DNA from: Octopus vulgaris
Lineage: Eukaryota
Length of the DNA stretch: 64,000 nucleotides
Assembly: GCA_951406725.2 (NCBI GenBank)
Contig: OX597830.1
Coordinates: forward strand, 28,458,001-28,522,000
Direction of reading: 5' to 3'
In this document: positions 27,680 to 41,552 of the stretch, in pieces
Numbering within the stretch: the first letter of the stretch is position 1
Layout: every line of letters begins with the position of its first letter
Program-made: the position numbers and the translations under genes
The notes under the pieces: generated by a model
What the model was told of the DNA's origin: nothing
The model's database searches: none
Seen by the model: only the letters and a program-made list of their open reading frames with translations

Positions 27680-27928
27680 TTGTTGTTGTTGTTGTTGTTA
27701 TTTTGTCTTTGTTATCAGTACACAATGATGATGAAGATTTTTAAATTTTGAAGTCCTGGCTCAGAGCCATCAATTTCGGGGGTGGGGGGTGGGGGGCTAG
27801 TCGGTTAGATCGGTCCCAGCACTCAATCACTATTTATTTTATCGGTCCCGAAAAGTTGAACTCGACGGACGAAATGCCGTTAAGTATTTTGCCTAGAGTG
27901 GTAATGATTCTGCCAGCTCGTCACCTTC

Positions 27929-27984
<56 letters not shown>

Positions 27985-28096
27985 TAATAATAACAGTAAT
28001 AATAATAATAACAACAACAACAACAATAATAATAATAATAATTATGATGATGATGATGATGATAATAATAATAATAACAATAACAACAACAACAAC

Positions 28097-28129
<33 letters not shown>

Positions 28130-28159
28130 AAAAATAATGATAATAATAACAATAATAAC

Positions 28160-28216
<57 letters not shown>

Positions 28217-28219
<3 letters not shown>

Positions 28220-28576
28220 CTAAAACAATACCTGTTGTCATAGGTGCCCTGGGAATGATAGCAAAAGGGGCTGATAGCTACCTAACTCAGATACCAGGAA
28301 ACCCAAAAGTAGCAGAAATTCAAAAGATAGTGCTCATGGGAACTGCTCATATCCTACGCAAAATACTTTCTATGTAATCTCAAGGTTTAAAACAAACATG
28401 ATTTTCGGTTTAAAAAAAAATTTTTTTTTTTTAGACATTCATTAATACAACCCCCCCCCCAAATATATGGCACACTAGGCATAACAACAACATGAACTTC
28501 CAACCTGTTGTCTCTTGAAGTCTCTGGGTGAGACTTGGAGCCAACTTGTACAGACATAAAGCAAAAGTCAAACATA

Positions 28577-28577
<1 letters not shown>
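28217..28577 (+). mobile_element. Dong/R4-clade LINE 3' end inserted in (AAT)n
   Basis: Encodes TKTIPVVIGALGMIAKGADSYLTQIPGNPKVAEIQKIVLMGTAHILRKILSM* (stop 28375-77), the typical R4/Dong C-terminus after the restriction-like endonuclease. (AAT)n on both flanks. Confidence 0.88.
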
Positions 28578-28655
<78 letters not shown>

Positions 28656-28767
28656 CATGGTAGTAACAACAACAGCAACAGCAATAATACTAATACTAAT
28701 GATAATAATATCAATAATAATAATAATAATAATAATAACAACAACAACAACAACAATGATAATAATG

Positions 28768-28844
<77 letters not shown>

Positions 28845-29380
28845 GATTTCTTTATTAACCACAAGGGTTAAACAAGTATCATTATGGACAGCACAGGACA
28901 AAATAAAGATATATGTGTGTGTGTGTGTGAATGTGTGTTGTCGTGAGGATTTTGCGTGTAAACAAGACTAACAAAATTAAAAATAAACGTTAACAATGTT
29001 TAATCCTCAATATGGAGGTGATATTCGGGTGCAGCTCATGGAAGAACTCCATAAAAACCATGAGTACCCTGATCTTGGGGCAGGCCTTGTTTTCCTTTCC
29101 TTTTTTCCAGCTACAGGCGAAGGCTCAGGGCACTATTCTCGCCACTTTTATCCACCTTTCAGCAAATTGGCTAGAAGACAAGAACTCTTTCTCTACCCTT
29201 ATTTTCCTTTTCAAGTGAAACTTGGCCAAAGAGAAAAGTGTTTGTGTTCAGCCCTTCTATCCCATTATAGCATACAACATCTTACGCCTTGGTCACCAAG
29301 CATATAAACACATACTGTTTATTGACTCTCCTGTCGTTAAAAGACGTATGGAGATTCAGCGCAATATCTTGCCGAACCAC
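28845..29380 (-). mobile_element. L1/Tx1-like LINE 3' fragment
   Basis: Minus strand FHLKRKIRVEKEFLSSSQFAERWIKVARI resembles Tx1 ORF2 C-termini ('F...W'). The 3' end GTTTAACCCTTGTGGTTAATAAAGAAAT abuts the microsatellite. Confidence 0.55.
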
Positions 29381-29499
29381 CACATAGATGATTTGTTTAT
29401 AGTGATAGAATGTTGTGTGTTTGTGTACACAAAAATTCATTCACTCTATCAAATTGACGTTAGATGACAGATGCACCATGTGCTACATGTTAGATGTCG

Positions 29500-29628
29500 A
29501 AACGATCGCAGAGCAATGTGAAATGTAGTGCTTTGCTCAAGAAAAAAAACAAACGAAACGCACGGTATGGGAATCGAACCCACGACCTCGTAATCGTGAG
29601 TGCAACACCCTAATCACTAATTCATGCA
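29500..29628 (-). mobile_element. tRNA-derived SINE head fragment
   Basis: Minus strand TAGTGATTAGGGTGTTGCACTCACGA...GGGTTCGATTCCC, followed by CORE-like TTCTTGAGCAAAGCAC. Confidence 0.65.
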
Positions 29629-30741
29629 CGTTCACACACACACACATACACACAAACACACACATATACACACACGCACACATATAATTGTGTGAACGAT
29701 GTGTCTGTATATATGCGTGTATGTGCGATCCTGAACATTAACATTCATATATTAACACATTTGTTAGTGTTTATAAACTGATGGTTAACTATCTCAGTAA
29801 TAACATTTGTGTAGATGAGTGTATAATCTGTATGGGCACAATATTTTCTTTTATTCACACCGCTTATTTTCACTTATTTATTTATTTATTGTTCTTCTTT
29901 TTTCATTTTTATTTCATTATTTCATCGTGTATTCAATTTGGTACGTTTGCCATCAAATCTCTCCGATTCATTTTGTTCGAATACGAAGAGTTTTCTAGAT
30001 TTTCTTTGAAGACTAATTGGGAATTACAAATAACTAGTTTCAAACCGAGACTGATCAGTGACAGTAAACTTTAGAAGCGTGTTAATTGCAACTTAGGTGC
30101 GCATCCAAATGAATGAATATTTAAAATTCTACTTCTGCCAAAAACGATATGTACGTATATTGAACCAAATAATCTAAACGAACCAAAGTAAAGAAGTTAA
30201 AAAAATATTATGAAATAAAACTGTCTATATAAATATATAACCAAATATATAAACAATCAGCAAACGTTACAAAACAAGTTATCAATTTATCAGTTGTTCG
30301 CATAAGTCTATTATTAGTTTCAAGAATCTAACTCTCGCTATTCAACTATGATATAACTGTACGTTGATGATTTCCCTACAACGACACCATTGAAAAAAAA
30401 ATATGTAAATATTCTTTGTTATCACTAGTTAGCCTCCTTCGCGACTTCATTAAATTGGGATGTTGTTTGCACGGCTATAATTCCTTTGTTATTGGTAACA
30501 CGAGATTAACTAAGGCTAGTTTTTTTTTTTATTATTTCTCACGCAGAAATTGTATGTTTATTCCAGCTCGTGCGCAATATTTTACATTTTTTCAGTAAAA
30601 TTGTTTTAGCCTTTGATGCTGTTAGCGATTCTTCATTATATACGTATATGTGCATATAACTATATGTGTGCATGTGTGTTTATGAGTGTGCGTGTGTTAG
30701 TTTGTGCGCGCGCAAATGTGCCATACACACATGCACATGCA

Positions 30742-30828
<87 letters not shown>

Positions 30829-30887
30829 ATATACATTATATACATATAAATATATACACATATATGTATATATGTATATATACATAG

Positions 30888-30930
<43 letters not shown>

Positions 30931-30966
30931 TATATATATATACATATATTTATGTTTATATATATG

Positions 30967-31016
<50 letters not shown>

Positions 31017-31531
31017 TTGTGTAATGTTTCCAATAGTTCCTCTTTAATTACCGGTATTCGAGTGTACGAAATGCACATTCATTTTGCCATGCAAGTATTG
31101 AGGTAGTAAATTATAGTTTAGTTTTTCTTTCATATGTTTTGTTTTGCCTTTGTGTTCTTTTTACTATGTAATGCTTCAATAAAACTTATTTAGTCGTTAA
31201 CTCGCTACTAATTGCTAAAATATGTATAAGATTTTGAGTATACCTCCAACCCCAGCTCCAAAACGATAATACGCAAGTGAAAGATTTATTAATTTTCTGA
31301 CCGTTGAACAATCTTACACTCATACTTCACTAAAAATATTTGGCAATTGTATTTTTCTTTTGTAGGCAAAGTACAAAATGTCTTTTGCTTTTATTTCAGG
31401 ACAAATGAATTAATTGGAAGTTGCAATTAAAACAAGTTATAATACAGATTTCAACAATATCTGAACCCTATATACAGATATCAAGAACAATACCCGCAGT
31501 CATTGAAAAATAACATGAAAAATTATATATA

Positions 31532-32700
31532 TTGGGTCGTCCCATAAATTATGCGTTTTTTAATATTTCTTTTTTACTTTTCAAAATTAAATTCTTTTTT
31601 TAATCTCACATAATCTCCTTCATTTTCTACAATGGTCTACTAACTATCTGATAGAATTGTAAGCCCTTCTCCCTTCAAAATTTCACTTGTCCGTGATGAA
31701 AAATACCTCTCCAGTACTGTTCTAATCTCGTGTGCAGAATTCATATTTTTTCCGTCCATATCACTTTGAAGACTGCTGAATAAATGATAATCAAATGGGG
31801 CAATGTCCGGCGAATGTGGTGGATGGCGCATTGCTTCCCATTCAAACTACTCCAGCCTTTAGAATATCATCCTCGCTGTATGTGGCCGAACATTATTCTG
31901 ATGGAAGAAAACTCTTTGTCTTGAAACACCAAAGATGGGCGTTTTTCGTCTTGCGCTGACATAAACCGCTCAAGCTGCTCGCAGTAGATTTCCTTGGTTA
32001 TCATTTGGTTCGGATTTAAATGTTGTACGTAGACAAAACATTTCATATTCCACCAAACAGATAACAACATTTTGCGTAGGTGCAGCCCTTCTTTAGACTG
32101 GCGTGCCGGTGTTTCTCCTTTACTTATCCACTGTCTTCGGGCGCTTGACACTTTTATAGAGAGCCAATTTCTCGTCACCAGTCACTATTCGATCCATATA
32201 ATGTTCATTCGCGAGACGTGACAGCAAAGAAGAGCACATATTCACACTTTGCGCTTCATTAGACTCGGTAAGTCTGTGAGGAACCCATTGACTCTATTTA
32301 CTGACTTTTCGGATGACACGCAGGTGGCGATGAATGGTTGAATAACCAAATCCAAGCATTTCTGCTAGTTTCTCAACAGTTACGTTGGGATTTTGTCCAC
32401 CAAGGATTGCAGGACGGCTTCATCGAGCTGTACAGATCTTTCAGGACGAGGATGGTCTTCTAAGCTGTAGTTTCCGACTGAGAATTTCTGGAACCACCGT
32501 TGGCACAGGGTTAGGGTTAGGTTATGCTTATTGTCCGATTCCCATATACTACATTAATATTCCTCGCAATTCCCGTTTCCTTGTTGCCTTTATTGAACAG
32601 ATAAAGCAAAATATGCCGAATATGCTCTTTTGTCACTTCCACTATAGCACTGGGACTGAACACGGAACCATTTAGTTGGGAAACAAGCGTGTTACAAAGC
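31532..32700 (-). mobile_element. Degenerate mariner, 5' TIR not found
   Basis: Probable TIR TA|TTGGGTCGTCCCATAAATTATGCG at 31532. Minus-strand (V)EVTKEHIRHILLY (32642), QWVPHRL, HPPHSPDIAPFDYHLF. Confidence 0.88.
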
Positions 32701-32733
32701 AGTCATGCCTTCGCTTATATACATGTTTTGGAA

Positions 32734-33324
32734 GGCGACGAGCTGGCAGAAACGTTAGCTCGCCGGGCGAAAAGCTTAGCGGTATTTCGTCGGCAGTTAC
32801 GTTCTGAGTTCAAATTACGCCGAGGTCGACTTTGCCTTTCATTTTTCAGGTTCGATAAATTAAGTAACAATTACGCACTGGGGTCCATATAATTGACTTA
32901 ATCCCTTTCTCTGTCCTTGTTTGTCCTTTCTGTGTTTAGCCCCTCGTGGGAAGTAAAGAAATAGGTATTTAGTCTGCCGCTACGTTCTGAGTTCAAATTC
33001 CGCCGAGGTCGACGTTGCCTTTCATCATTTCGGTGTCGATTAAATAAGTACCAATTACGCACTTGGCCTATATAATCGACTTAATCCGTTTGTCTGTCCT
33101 TGTTTGTCCCCTCTGTGTTTAGCCGATAGTGGGTAGTAAAGAAATAGATATTTCGGCTGCCTTTGTGTTCTGAGTTCAAATCCCGCGTGGTCAACTTTGC
33201 CTTTCTTCTTCTCGGGTTTGATTAATTAAGTACTAGTTACGCACTGGGGTCGATGTAATCGACTTAATCCCTTTGTCCAAGTTTGTCCCCCCTATGTTTA
33301 GCTCCTGTGGGCAATAAAGAAATA
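32734..33324 (+). mobile_element. Meta-like SINE trimer
   Basis: One head GGCGACGAGCTGGCAGAA, then three ~180-bp units, each with GAGTTCAAAT (B box), GCCTTTC and the tail TAAAGAAATA. Confidence 0.9.
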
Positions 33325-33609
33325 TATATATGCCTTCGTGTGTGCGTGCGTGGGTATGTGTGTTCGTACGTGTGTGTTTGTGTGTGTGTGTGTATCTGTA
33401 TGGTGATGATCCCGAAATGGACCTGAGGTTGAATACTATCGAATGTCGAAACAGTAGGTGGGGCCGAAGTACTGTAAAACAGCCGACAGGATGGTCCCGA
33501 AACGTTGCACTCATCCTCCTGATGACCTCTGATGTCTACTGGCATACGATACGATAGTGCGCTTGCACTAGCAGGCTGTTACCAAGTCTATCATCTCTCA
33601 CTTTGTGTG

Positions 33610-33667
<58 letters not shown>

Positions 33668-33852
33668 CATACATACGTATATACATAAATACATATACAT
33701 ACATATATATATATATGAAAAGTCACATTATGACGAAAACCGTTTTGAATTAATATATAAATATTTTATCAATTTTTCAAAATTTTCCATACACTTATTT
33801 CCATACACTTATTTTCAATTTAGCATTCTGCCTTTTTACAATTTTTCCTTGC

Positions 33853-33887
<35 letters not shown>

Positions 33888-33908
33888 TGCATATATGTAC
33901 ATCTATAG

Positions 33909-33974
<66 letters not shown>

Positions 33975-34254
33975 GTGTGTGTGTGTCTACCTGCGTGTGC
34001 TCCGGCGACACATGCCATTTTTATAAACAGTCCTTATTATTTAATAATGCAGCTCCTAGCCTTTCGTTCACCAATATCTATATATCAATCAATTTAGGTA
34101 TAACTGTCTGCCTCTTCTTCCGTCTACCTGTCTGTCTTTCTCTTTGTAACTACATACACAAACACACACACACTGACACACACACATACAAACACATACA
34201 TACATATATACACACACAAACACACACAGACACACACATATATAACATATATAT

Positions 34255-34637
34255 TCTCTTACACTTTTACTGGTTTTAGCCCTTTGACTGCCGCAATGTT
34301 GGCGCATTGTCTTCAGTCGAAAAAAAATCGACCCCAGGACTTATTCTTTCTATGCCTAGTACTTATACTATCGGTGTTTTTGTTCGAACCGCTAGATTAC
34401 GTGGACGTAAACACACCCACACCGATGATGGGGGGGGGTCAAACACAGTCACACAAAAACACACACACATAGATATATATAGGACGAGATTCTTTCAGTT
34501 TCTGTCTACCAAATCCACACACAAGTCAATAGTCGGCCCTGAGCTATGGTGGAAGACACTTTCACATGCTGCCAGGCAGTGGCACGGAACCCGGAACTAT
34601 GTTGGTATGCAAGCTTCTTACCACACAGTCCTGAGCA
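34255..34637 (-). mobile_element. SINE family 1 copy
   Basis: Aligns by eye with 13356-13768 (GACCCCAGGACTTATTCTTT, GAACCGCTA, CTTTCAGTTTC.GTCTACCAAATCCAC). Confidence 0.85.
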
Positions 34638-35301
34638 CACCAGTAATTATATATCTATCTACTTAGATATTTCTGTTTCCCTGTCCGTCGGTCTATCTTA
34701 CTGTGAATTGCTGGTAAGGACACCGTTATGCAAACAGAATATGCGGCCAAATCAACACTGTGGTTCACATGTGTTAGCAATCCTATAACCTCACATTCTC
34801 AAGTAACTTCTACAGATATTCCACAGAGACACCTCTGATTTGTTACGCCATTTGTCACAGGCATACATCTAATGTAGACACAGTCCATCTTCCGAACTAA
34901 CGCTAGTTTGTGAAACATGACTAGCCTTTTACCATGTACCTATCATTAATTCTTTATATGCATATCGAAACAGCGACGTGAGGTTTCCTTGTAAAGAAAA
35001 TTAATACATGACGCTTCATCCCTTGTTCACTTTGTGTCCTTCACACAAAGTGCGATGTGTGAACCACGTACATTAAGTTTGAAAGAAAGTATTAAATACG
35101 TAACAACTGCACCAAAACACTTTTCATTATATGAAAATAGGTTTTATCAGCTTTACTGAAACTCCCACAAATAATTTATTCTGCGATCAATAGAACTAGC
35201 AGGAAAATCTAACAAGCGATTTCTGTCATACTTTTCAGCATATATATATATAAATGTGATTACACGCGTGTATATGTGTGCTTATATAATTCTTATTGCA
35301 T

Positions 35302-35347
<46 letters not shown>

Positions 35348-35399
35348 AAGAGAGTGAGTGATATTTATATATATATAGATATATGTATGCATGTATATA

Positions 35400-35436
<37 letters not shown>

Positions 35437-35444
35437 GTATGTCC

Positions 35445-35517
<73 letters not shown>

Positions 35518-35570
35518 TATACATATATATACAGATATATGTGTGCATGTATATATCTGTATATATATAT

Positions 35571-35609
<39 letters not shown>

Positions 35610-36448
35610 TGCATATATCTGTATATCTACTTTCGACTAATTGCAAAGTGGCTGCTTCTAATCAATATTTGTTGAAATGTAGAACTCAGAAACTATTGGC
35701 GATCTGGCTGGAATATTATCATTTGAAGAAAGTTGTAAAACCTATCACACTGAGGCCTGTCAAAAACGATCGAATTATCTTCTTTTTATGAAGTTCTCTC
35801 AATTTCTTACAACAATCAACATTCCGCAGCTCAGACTGAATGCATCGACCGTACCAGGATTCAAAGGTCATGCAAAAGTCTATGGGAACTGCCCATCTTT
35901 ATTGTACTAAAATATTATAAAGGGGAAAAAAATGACAATAACAGCGCAAATGAAATGAAATAACCAGCTACGGATTCGTAGTATTGTCGTGGTAATGGAA
36001 TAATTCTACTTTTACCGAACTTGCTTTCATTTCTCTTTTAAACGAATCTAAAATGTGTTCATTTATGCATGTATAGAGCTTCGGCTCTGGAAATATAGAT
36101 CATTATGATATGTATCCCCCACCTCTCTTACACTCCCTCACACATATTTTGTATATACATATGTTGTACAATATATCTACCTACATTTTTGTACACATAT
36201 GTAATTGCATATATATATATATACATACGTACATAAATACATACATACATATATATACATATATATATATACACACATATATATATACACACACTCACAT
36301 ATATATGTATATATATAAATCTATATACATATATAACTATATGTAGCAGTATGTATATATATATTTATGTATCTATCTATCTATATATATGTGCGCGTGG
36401 ATATGTGTGTGTGCATATGTATATATATGTATACATACATACATACAA

Positions 36449-36533
<85 letters not shown>

Positions 36534-37289
36534 GTTGGTGTTAAGAGTAACATACGATTTCTTTCATAGATTTTTCTCTGCTTCTTCATTTTTCTCTTCA
36601 ATAAACTATAGTCAGTGTATCGTGAAACCAAGCAAGTTTATCAACTTTCATTCTATATTGTAAAGGTGTGACCAGTGAAATATCAGTTATCTTTTCTATT
36701 GTATCCCACTATACTTATATTCCCACTCACCTCCATGCGTCTCATATTCCGACTAGTAAGCTATACTGTAAAATGACCACTACTTCCAATGGAGGTAGCA
36801 ATTATATTTCCACAAATCACATTTACTGTTTGAAACGACGAAAGATAATGCATTAAAAGATGGATTGTCGGAACAGACGGGATGGTCACATCCAGAATGT
36901 ACCTGGTAATGGTTATACTCAGCAAGAGTTAAACTCTAGCTTCTACCTAGCCATCTCCCAAAAAGAGTTTTCTTCTAAAATCGTTATATTTCTGTCATTT
37001 TGTTTAAACATAATTCTTACCATCATGTAAGAGGTAGACTTATTCAGGAGCCTTTGTTAATTTCTTCCTAACGCACACACATACACACACACACACACAA
37101 GCTTGTACGCATGTACATGCACACCAACACACGCGCACACACACTCACACACACTCACACACAAAAACACACATGTGTGGTACATATACATACGCATACA
37201 AGCCAACCCCACATATAACATAAATACACACACACAAACACTCACACAATATATATATACATATATAAGTGTTGTACCTATTCATGAGA

Positions 37290-37295
37290 CCGTCG

Positions 37296-37342
<47 letters not shown>

Positions 37343-37558
37343 ATTGGTATATGTTTGTGTGTCTGTGTTTGTCCCCCACCATCACTTAACAACGGATGTT
37401 AGTCTTTTTACGTCCACGTAGCCTAGCGGTTCGTCAAACAAGCCGATAGAATAAATACAAGGCTTACAAAGAATAATTCCTGGAGTCGAGTTCTTCCACT
37501 AAAGGAATTGCACCAGCATGGTCACAGTCAGATAACTGAAACAAATAGAAGAATAAAA

Positions 37559-37560
<2 letters not shown>
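37290..37560 (+). mobile_element. SINE family 1, 3' part
   Basis: TAGCGGTTCG...CCGATAGAATAA...GGCTTACAAAGAATAA...CCAGCATGG.CACAGTCA...CTGAAACAA. Confidence 0.75.
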
Positions 37561-37607
<47 letters not shown>

Positions 37608-37644
37608 AGACCAAAGTGTACGTACGTCGCCATATGTATATAAA

Positions 37645-37950
37645 AAGGAATACAAAAAATTGGGAACAAGAACGCAAAACTTCTAGACAGCTAGATGATT
37701 CGAGAAAGGGACAACAAAGCATCCAGATAGATGATACAAAAGAAGGACAATAAAAAACACGGACGGGTCATTCGAAGTTTTCTTTTCTCAGTCGAGTTCC
37801 AGATTATCAACCAGCCGAAATTGCAAAGATAATCTAGAACTCGACTGACGAAAGAAAACTTCGAATGTCCTGTCATATTTTTCTTTCTTGTCACTCTTTT
37901 GCATCATCTGTCTGGCTGTTTTGCGTTCCTGTCCCATATTTTGTATCCTT
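37645..37950. repeat. Foldback element between (TA)n tracts
   Basis: Arms 37645-37808 and 37828-37950 are inverted. Inner ~45 bp are near-perfect, with a 19-nt loop. Confidence 0.85.
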
Positions 37951-37959
37951 CTGTAGACT

Positions 37960-38036
<77 letters not shown>

Positions 38037-38402
38037 CTGTGTGTGTATGTATATATATAAGTGTGTGTGTGTGTATGTATGTATATATATATATAAATGC
38101 AAGATCCAGGGATCGAGGTGTAGTACGAAAGTTATTTTCGAGCAATCTGTTGTAAATACAAATGAAAAACTTTAAGGAACAAGACGGAAGTTTGTGGATT
38201 ATATTTCTTTATCGAGGAACGATTAGTAGTAAAAAAAAATGTACTTTACATACTCCCCGATAGGCAACCAAGTTTGCTGAGTGTGCGAAAAGAAAATACA
38301 AGGGTTACGAAAAGGTGTAGGGAAAATCAGGTTTACATATGGTTCGCATAAAACATTGTATCCCGCACTTGTCCTACTCCATTCCGTATCACTGGCATAT
38401 TA

Positions 38403-38759
38403 TTTTATTCTTTTATTTGTTTAAGTCCTTTTACTGCGGCCATGTTGGGACACCACCCTTACTTGAACAAATCGTGCTAAAGACTTATTTTTTCTCAGTC
38501 CTATCGTTTAATTTTGTCGAACCGCTAAGTTACGGGGACGTAAACACACGAACATCAGTTGTCATGCTATGATATACATACATACATACGTACATATATA
38601 TATACGACGGTCTTCTTTAACTTTTCGTCTACCAAATCCACCCGCAAGTCTTTGGTCGGCCTGAGACTATAGTAGAGGACACTTGCCGAAGGTACCAAGC
38701 AGTGGGACTGAAACCGGAGCTGTGTGGTTGGGAAGCAAGCTTCTTCCCTCACAGCCACT
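38403..38759 (-). mobile_element. SINE family 1 copy
   Basis: Same body and head (CAGTGGGACTGAA...CACAGCCAC). Confidence 0.85.
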
Positions 38760-38763
38760 ATAT

Positions 38764-38801
<38 letters not shown>

Positions 38802-39517
38802 GGAGAGAGAGACGGAGAGAGAGAGAAACAGAAAGAAATAGAGAAAGATGTATGTATGTTCAAAATCTATTGAGCTTCATATGTATATGCTCGTGTGTGA
38901 ACGTAATGTATTAAAAAAAAAAATAGGGTAATTATTTTAAAGTAAATTTGAGAATAACAAGGAACATATTTTTATGGGAACCAGTCTGCATACTGAGTAA
39001 GGATTCAAACGCACTAAATTACTCGTGCTGACTATGTGAAACTCATGACCACTCTGCACATGGTACGCCAACATTCTGCTATGTCATCCGTTGGAAAAAG
39101 GCATATTGTGAATAGAATACTGTAAGATTCGGGATAATTATATCTCATATGTGACTACTGAGACACTAGGAACAGTATGCCATTTCTCGATTTGGATAGG
39201 AGCAAAAAAATCGAAGCAGAGTTAAAAGTGTACCAAAAGATATGAAAGAGTCGTCAAAAATGATGATAACAAACTGTATCCCAAGTGCCGTAGCAAATTT
39301 TGGAATACAAATAACTGGAAAGGAAAAATAATACCTTCAGAGGAAAATCTCTCATAACTTAAAAAGATTTCCAGTTTGTGATGTTCATTGATGCTGCACA
39401 CAATAGTTATTTATCCAAAAGCCACAGTCAGCACGTATATGCATCAATATGTATACATATACATACGTACATATAAACCCCAAAGTCACACACACTCACA
39501 CACACACACACACACAC

Positions 39518-39566
<49 letters not shown>

Positions 39567-39779
39567 CGAGCATATATATACATGAAATTGAGCGATGGAG
39601 AAAGAGATTTGTATTTATAAATATGTGCATCTGTGTGTATGTGCATGTGTATACTTGATTGTATGTCGGTACCTATTGCTGACGTGGTTGCTGACTACCA
39701 GATCAGCGTATCATCAAAATTGATGGGATTAAGATAATTTCGTCCCTTTTCAACACATGGTACACACACACACACACAC

Positions 39780-39826
<47 letters not shown>

Positions 39827-40071
39827 CACAACAGTCAATCTCATTTATGCACATTATTTTATGCATCCATCTACGTTTGATTGTATGCATGCACGTGAGT
39901 ATATATGAATCTATCTCTGCACATATGCATATATACATGTGTGCATATCTACATATAGAGGAACATATATATATATGCATATATACATATATGTATATAT
40001 ACATATATGCATATATACATATACATATATCTATATATACAAACACATTTATGTATATATATATATATATG

Positions 40072-40144
<73 letters not shown>

Positions 40145-40156
40145 ATATATACACAC

Positions 40157-40188
<32 letters not shown>

Positions 40189-40938
40189 ATGTGTTTGTGT
40201 GCGTGAAAATTGCGCAAAGGTGTTGATATCTTACAATCCAGCCCACCATATATCGTGGAGTGAAACAACATCAATAAAGACAGATATATTGCACATTGTT
40301 GGATGTAATGGTGTTTGTGTCACAAACCTATCAAACAAAACATTTCTATGTCTGACTATGCGAAAGGTCTGAATACATCCTTCGTTAGAGTACACAGGAG
40401 GAGATTGACTGCCTATAAACGTCGGCTATAGCTTTTTATCTGTTATATATTTTTCCATTTCTTTTTTTCATTTTCCGATGCTGTTTTCTAACATTTTTTT
40501 TTCTGCTGGTTTTTGTCATACTGTTTGCTAGCTCTATCCCTTGAGTATGTAGTTTTCTAAAACCTATGGTCAAAGTGATGTTGCAAATGTTTTTGGAAGG
40601 TTCCCGGATACAAAGGCAATTTATTGAAGTGATTTACTGAGCGACATGTAGAACGTAAGAGAGTAGTTTGATAAAGAATGGGCTGAAGAATAAGCGAATA
40701 AAACACAAATATAACGGAACAAAATGAAACACAAAGGACGACGAAAGATAGAAAGAGAAGGAGAATAGGAAGGAGAGAGAGAGAAAAGTGATATTTGGAG
40801 AAAGGTGAAGGACAGTGGGAATATTGCTGTCAGAAGTAGCATGCCGATGGTGTTGATTGATAAATATATTAATCTCCTGGTCAATTGCTATATAGACATA
40901 GTTACAAGTGTACATTGATAAATACTTGTTTGATTTGA

Positions 40939-41115
<177 letters not shown>

Positions 41116-41136
41116 GTATATATACATATATATATA

Positions 41137-41167
<31 letters not shown>

Positions 41168-41520
41168 GTATGTACATGTATATAACTGTACATAAACATA
41201 CACACACAAACGACAAGACACACACATATATTTATATACGTCCATATATAGTATGGTATAAATTTATGTATAAACGTGTATAACTAGGAATGCATACATG
41301 TATGTGTGGGTGCGTGAGGATATGTAATATTGTGAAGTGATAAACATACATACACATACGTACACACACACAAACATATATATGTGTATATGCATAAAAA
41401 CCCATACTTACATATACTTACACACACACATACATATATACATCTACACGCATACATACACACATACATACATTCATACATATATACATACATACATGCA
41501 TACATACATACATACATACA

Positions 41521-41552
<32 letters not shown>

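Noticed and set aside
31099-31181. let-7-like TGAGGTAGTA with a partial downstream complement
   Set aside because: Only the first 10 nt match let-7, the 3' half differs, and the hairpin is weak with an over-long loop.
32734-33324. Regularly spaced repeats suggestive of a CRISPR array
   Set aside because: The units are ~180-bp homologous SINE bodies with no unique spacers, no cas genes, and a eukaryotic context.
33400-33600. Decayed CTGA...GAAAC motifs
   Set aside because: Core and stem II are incomplete and cannot be supported without a family consensus.
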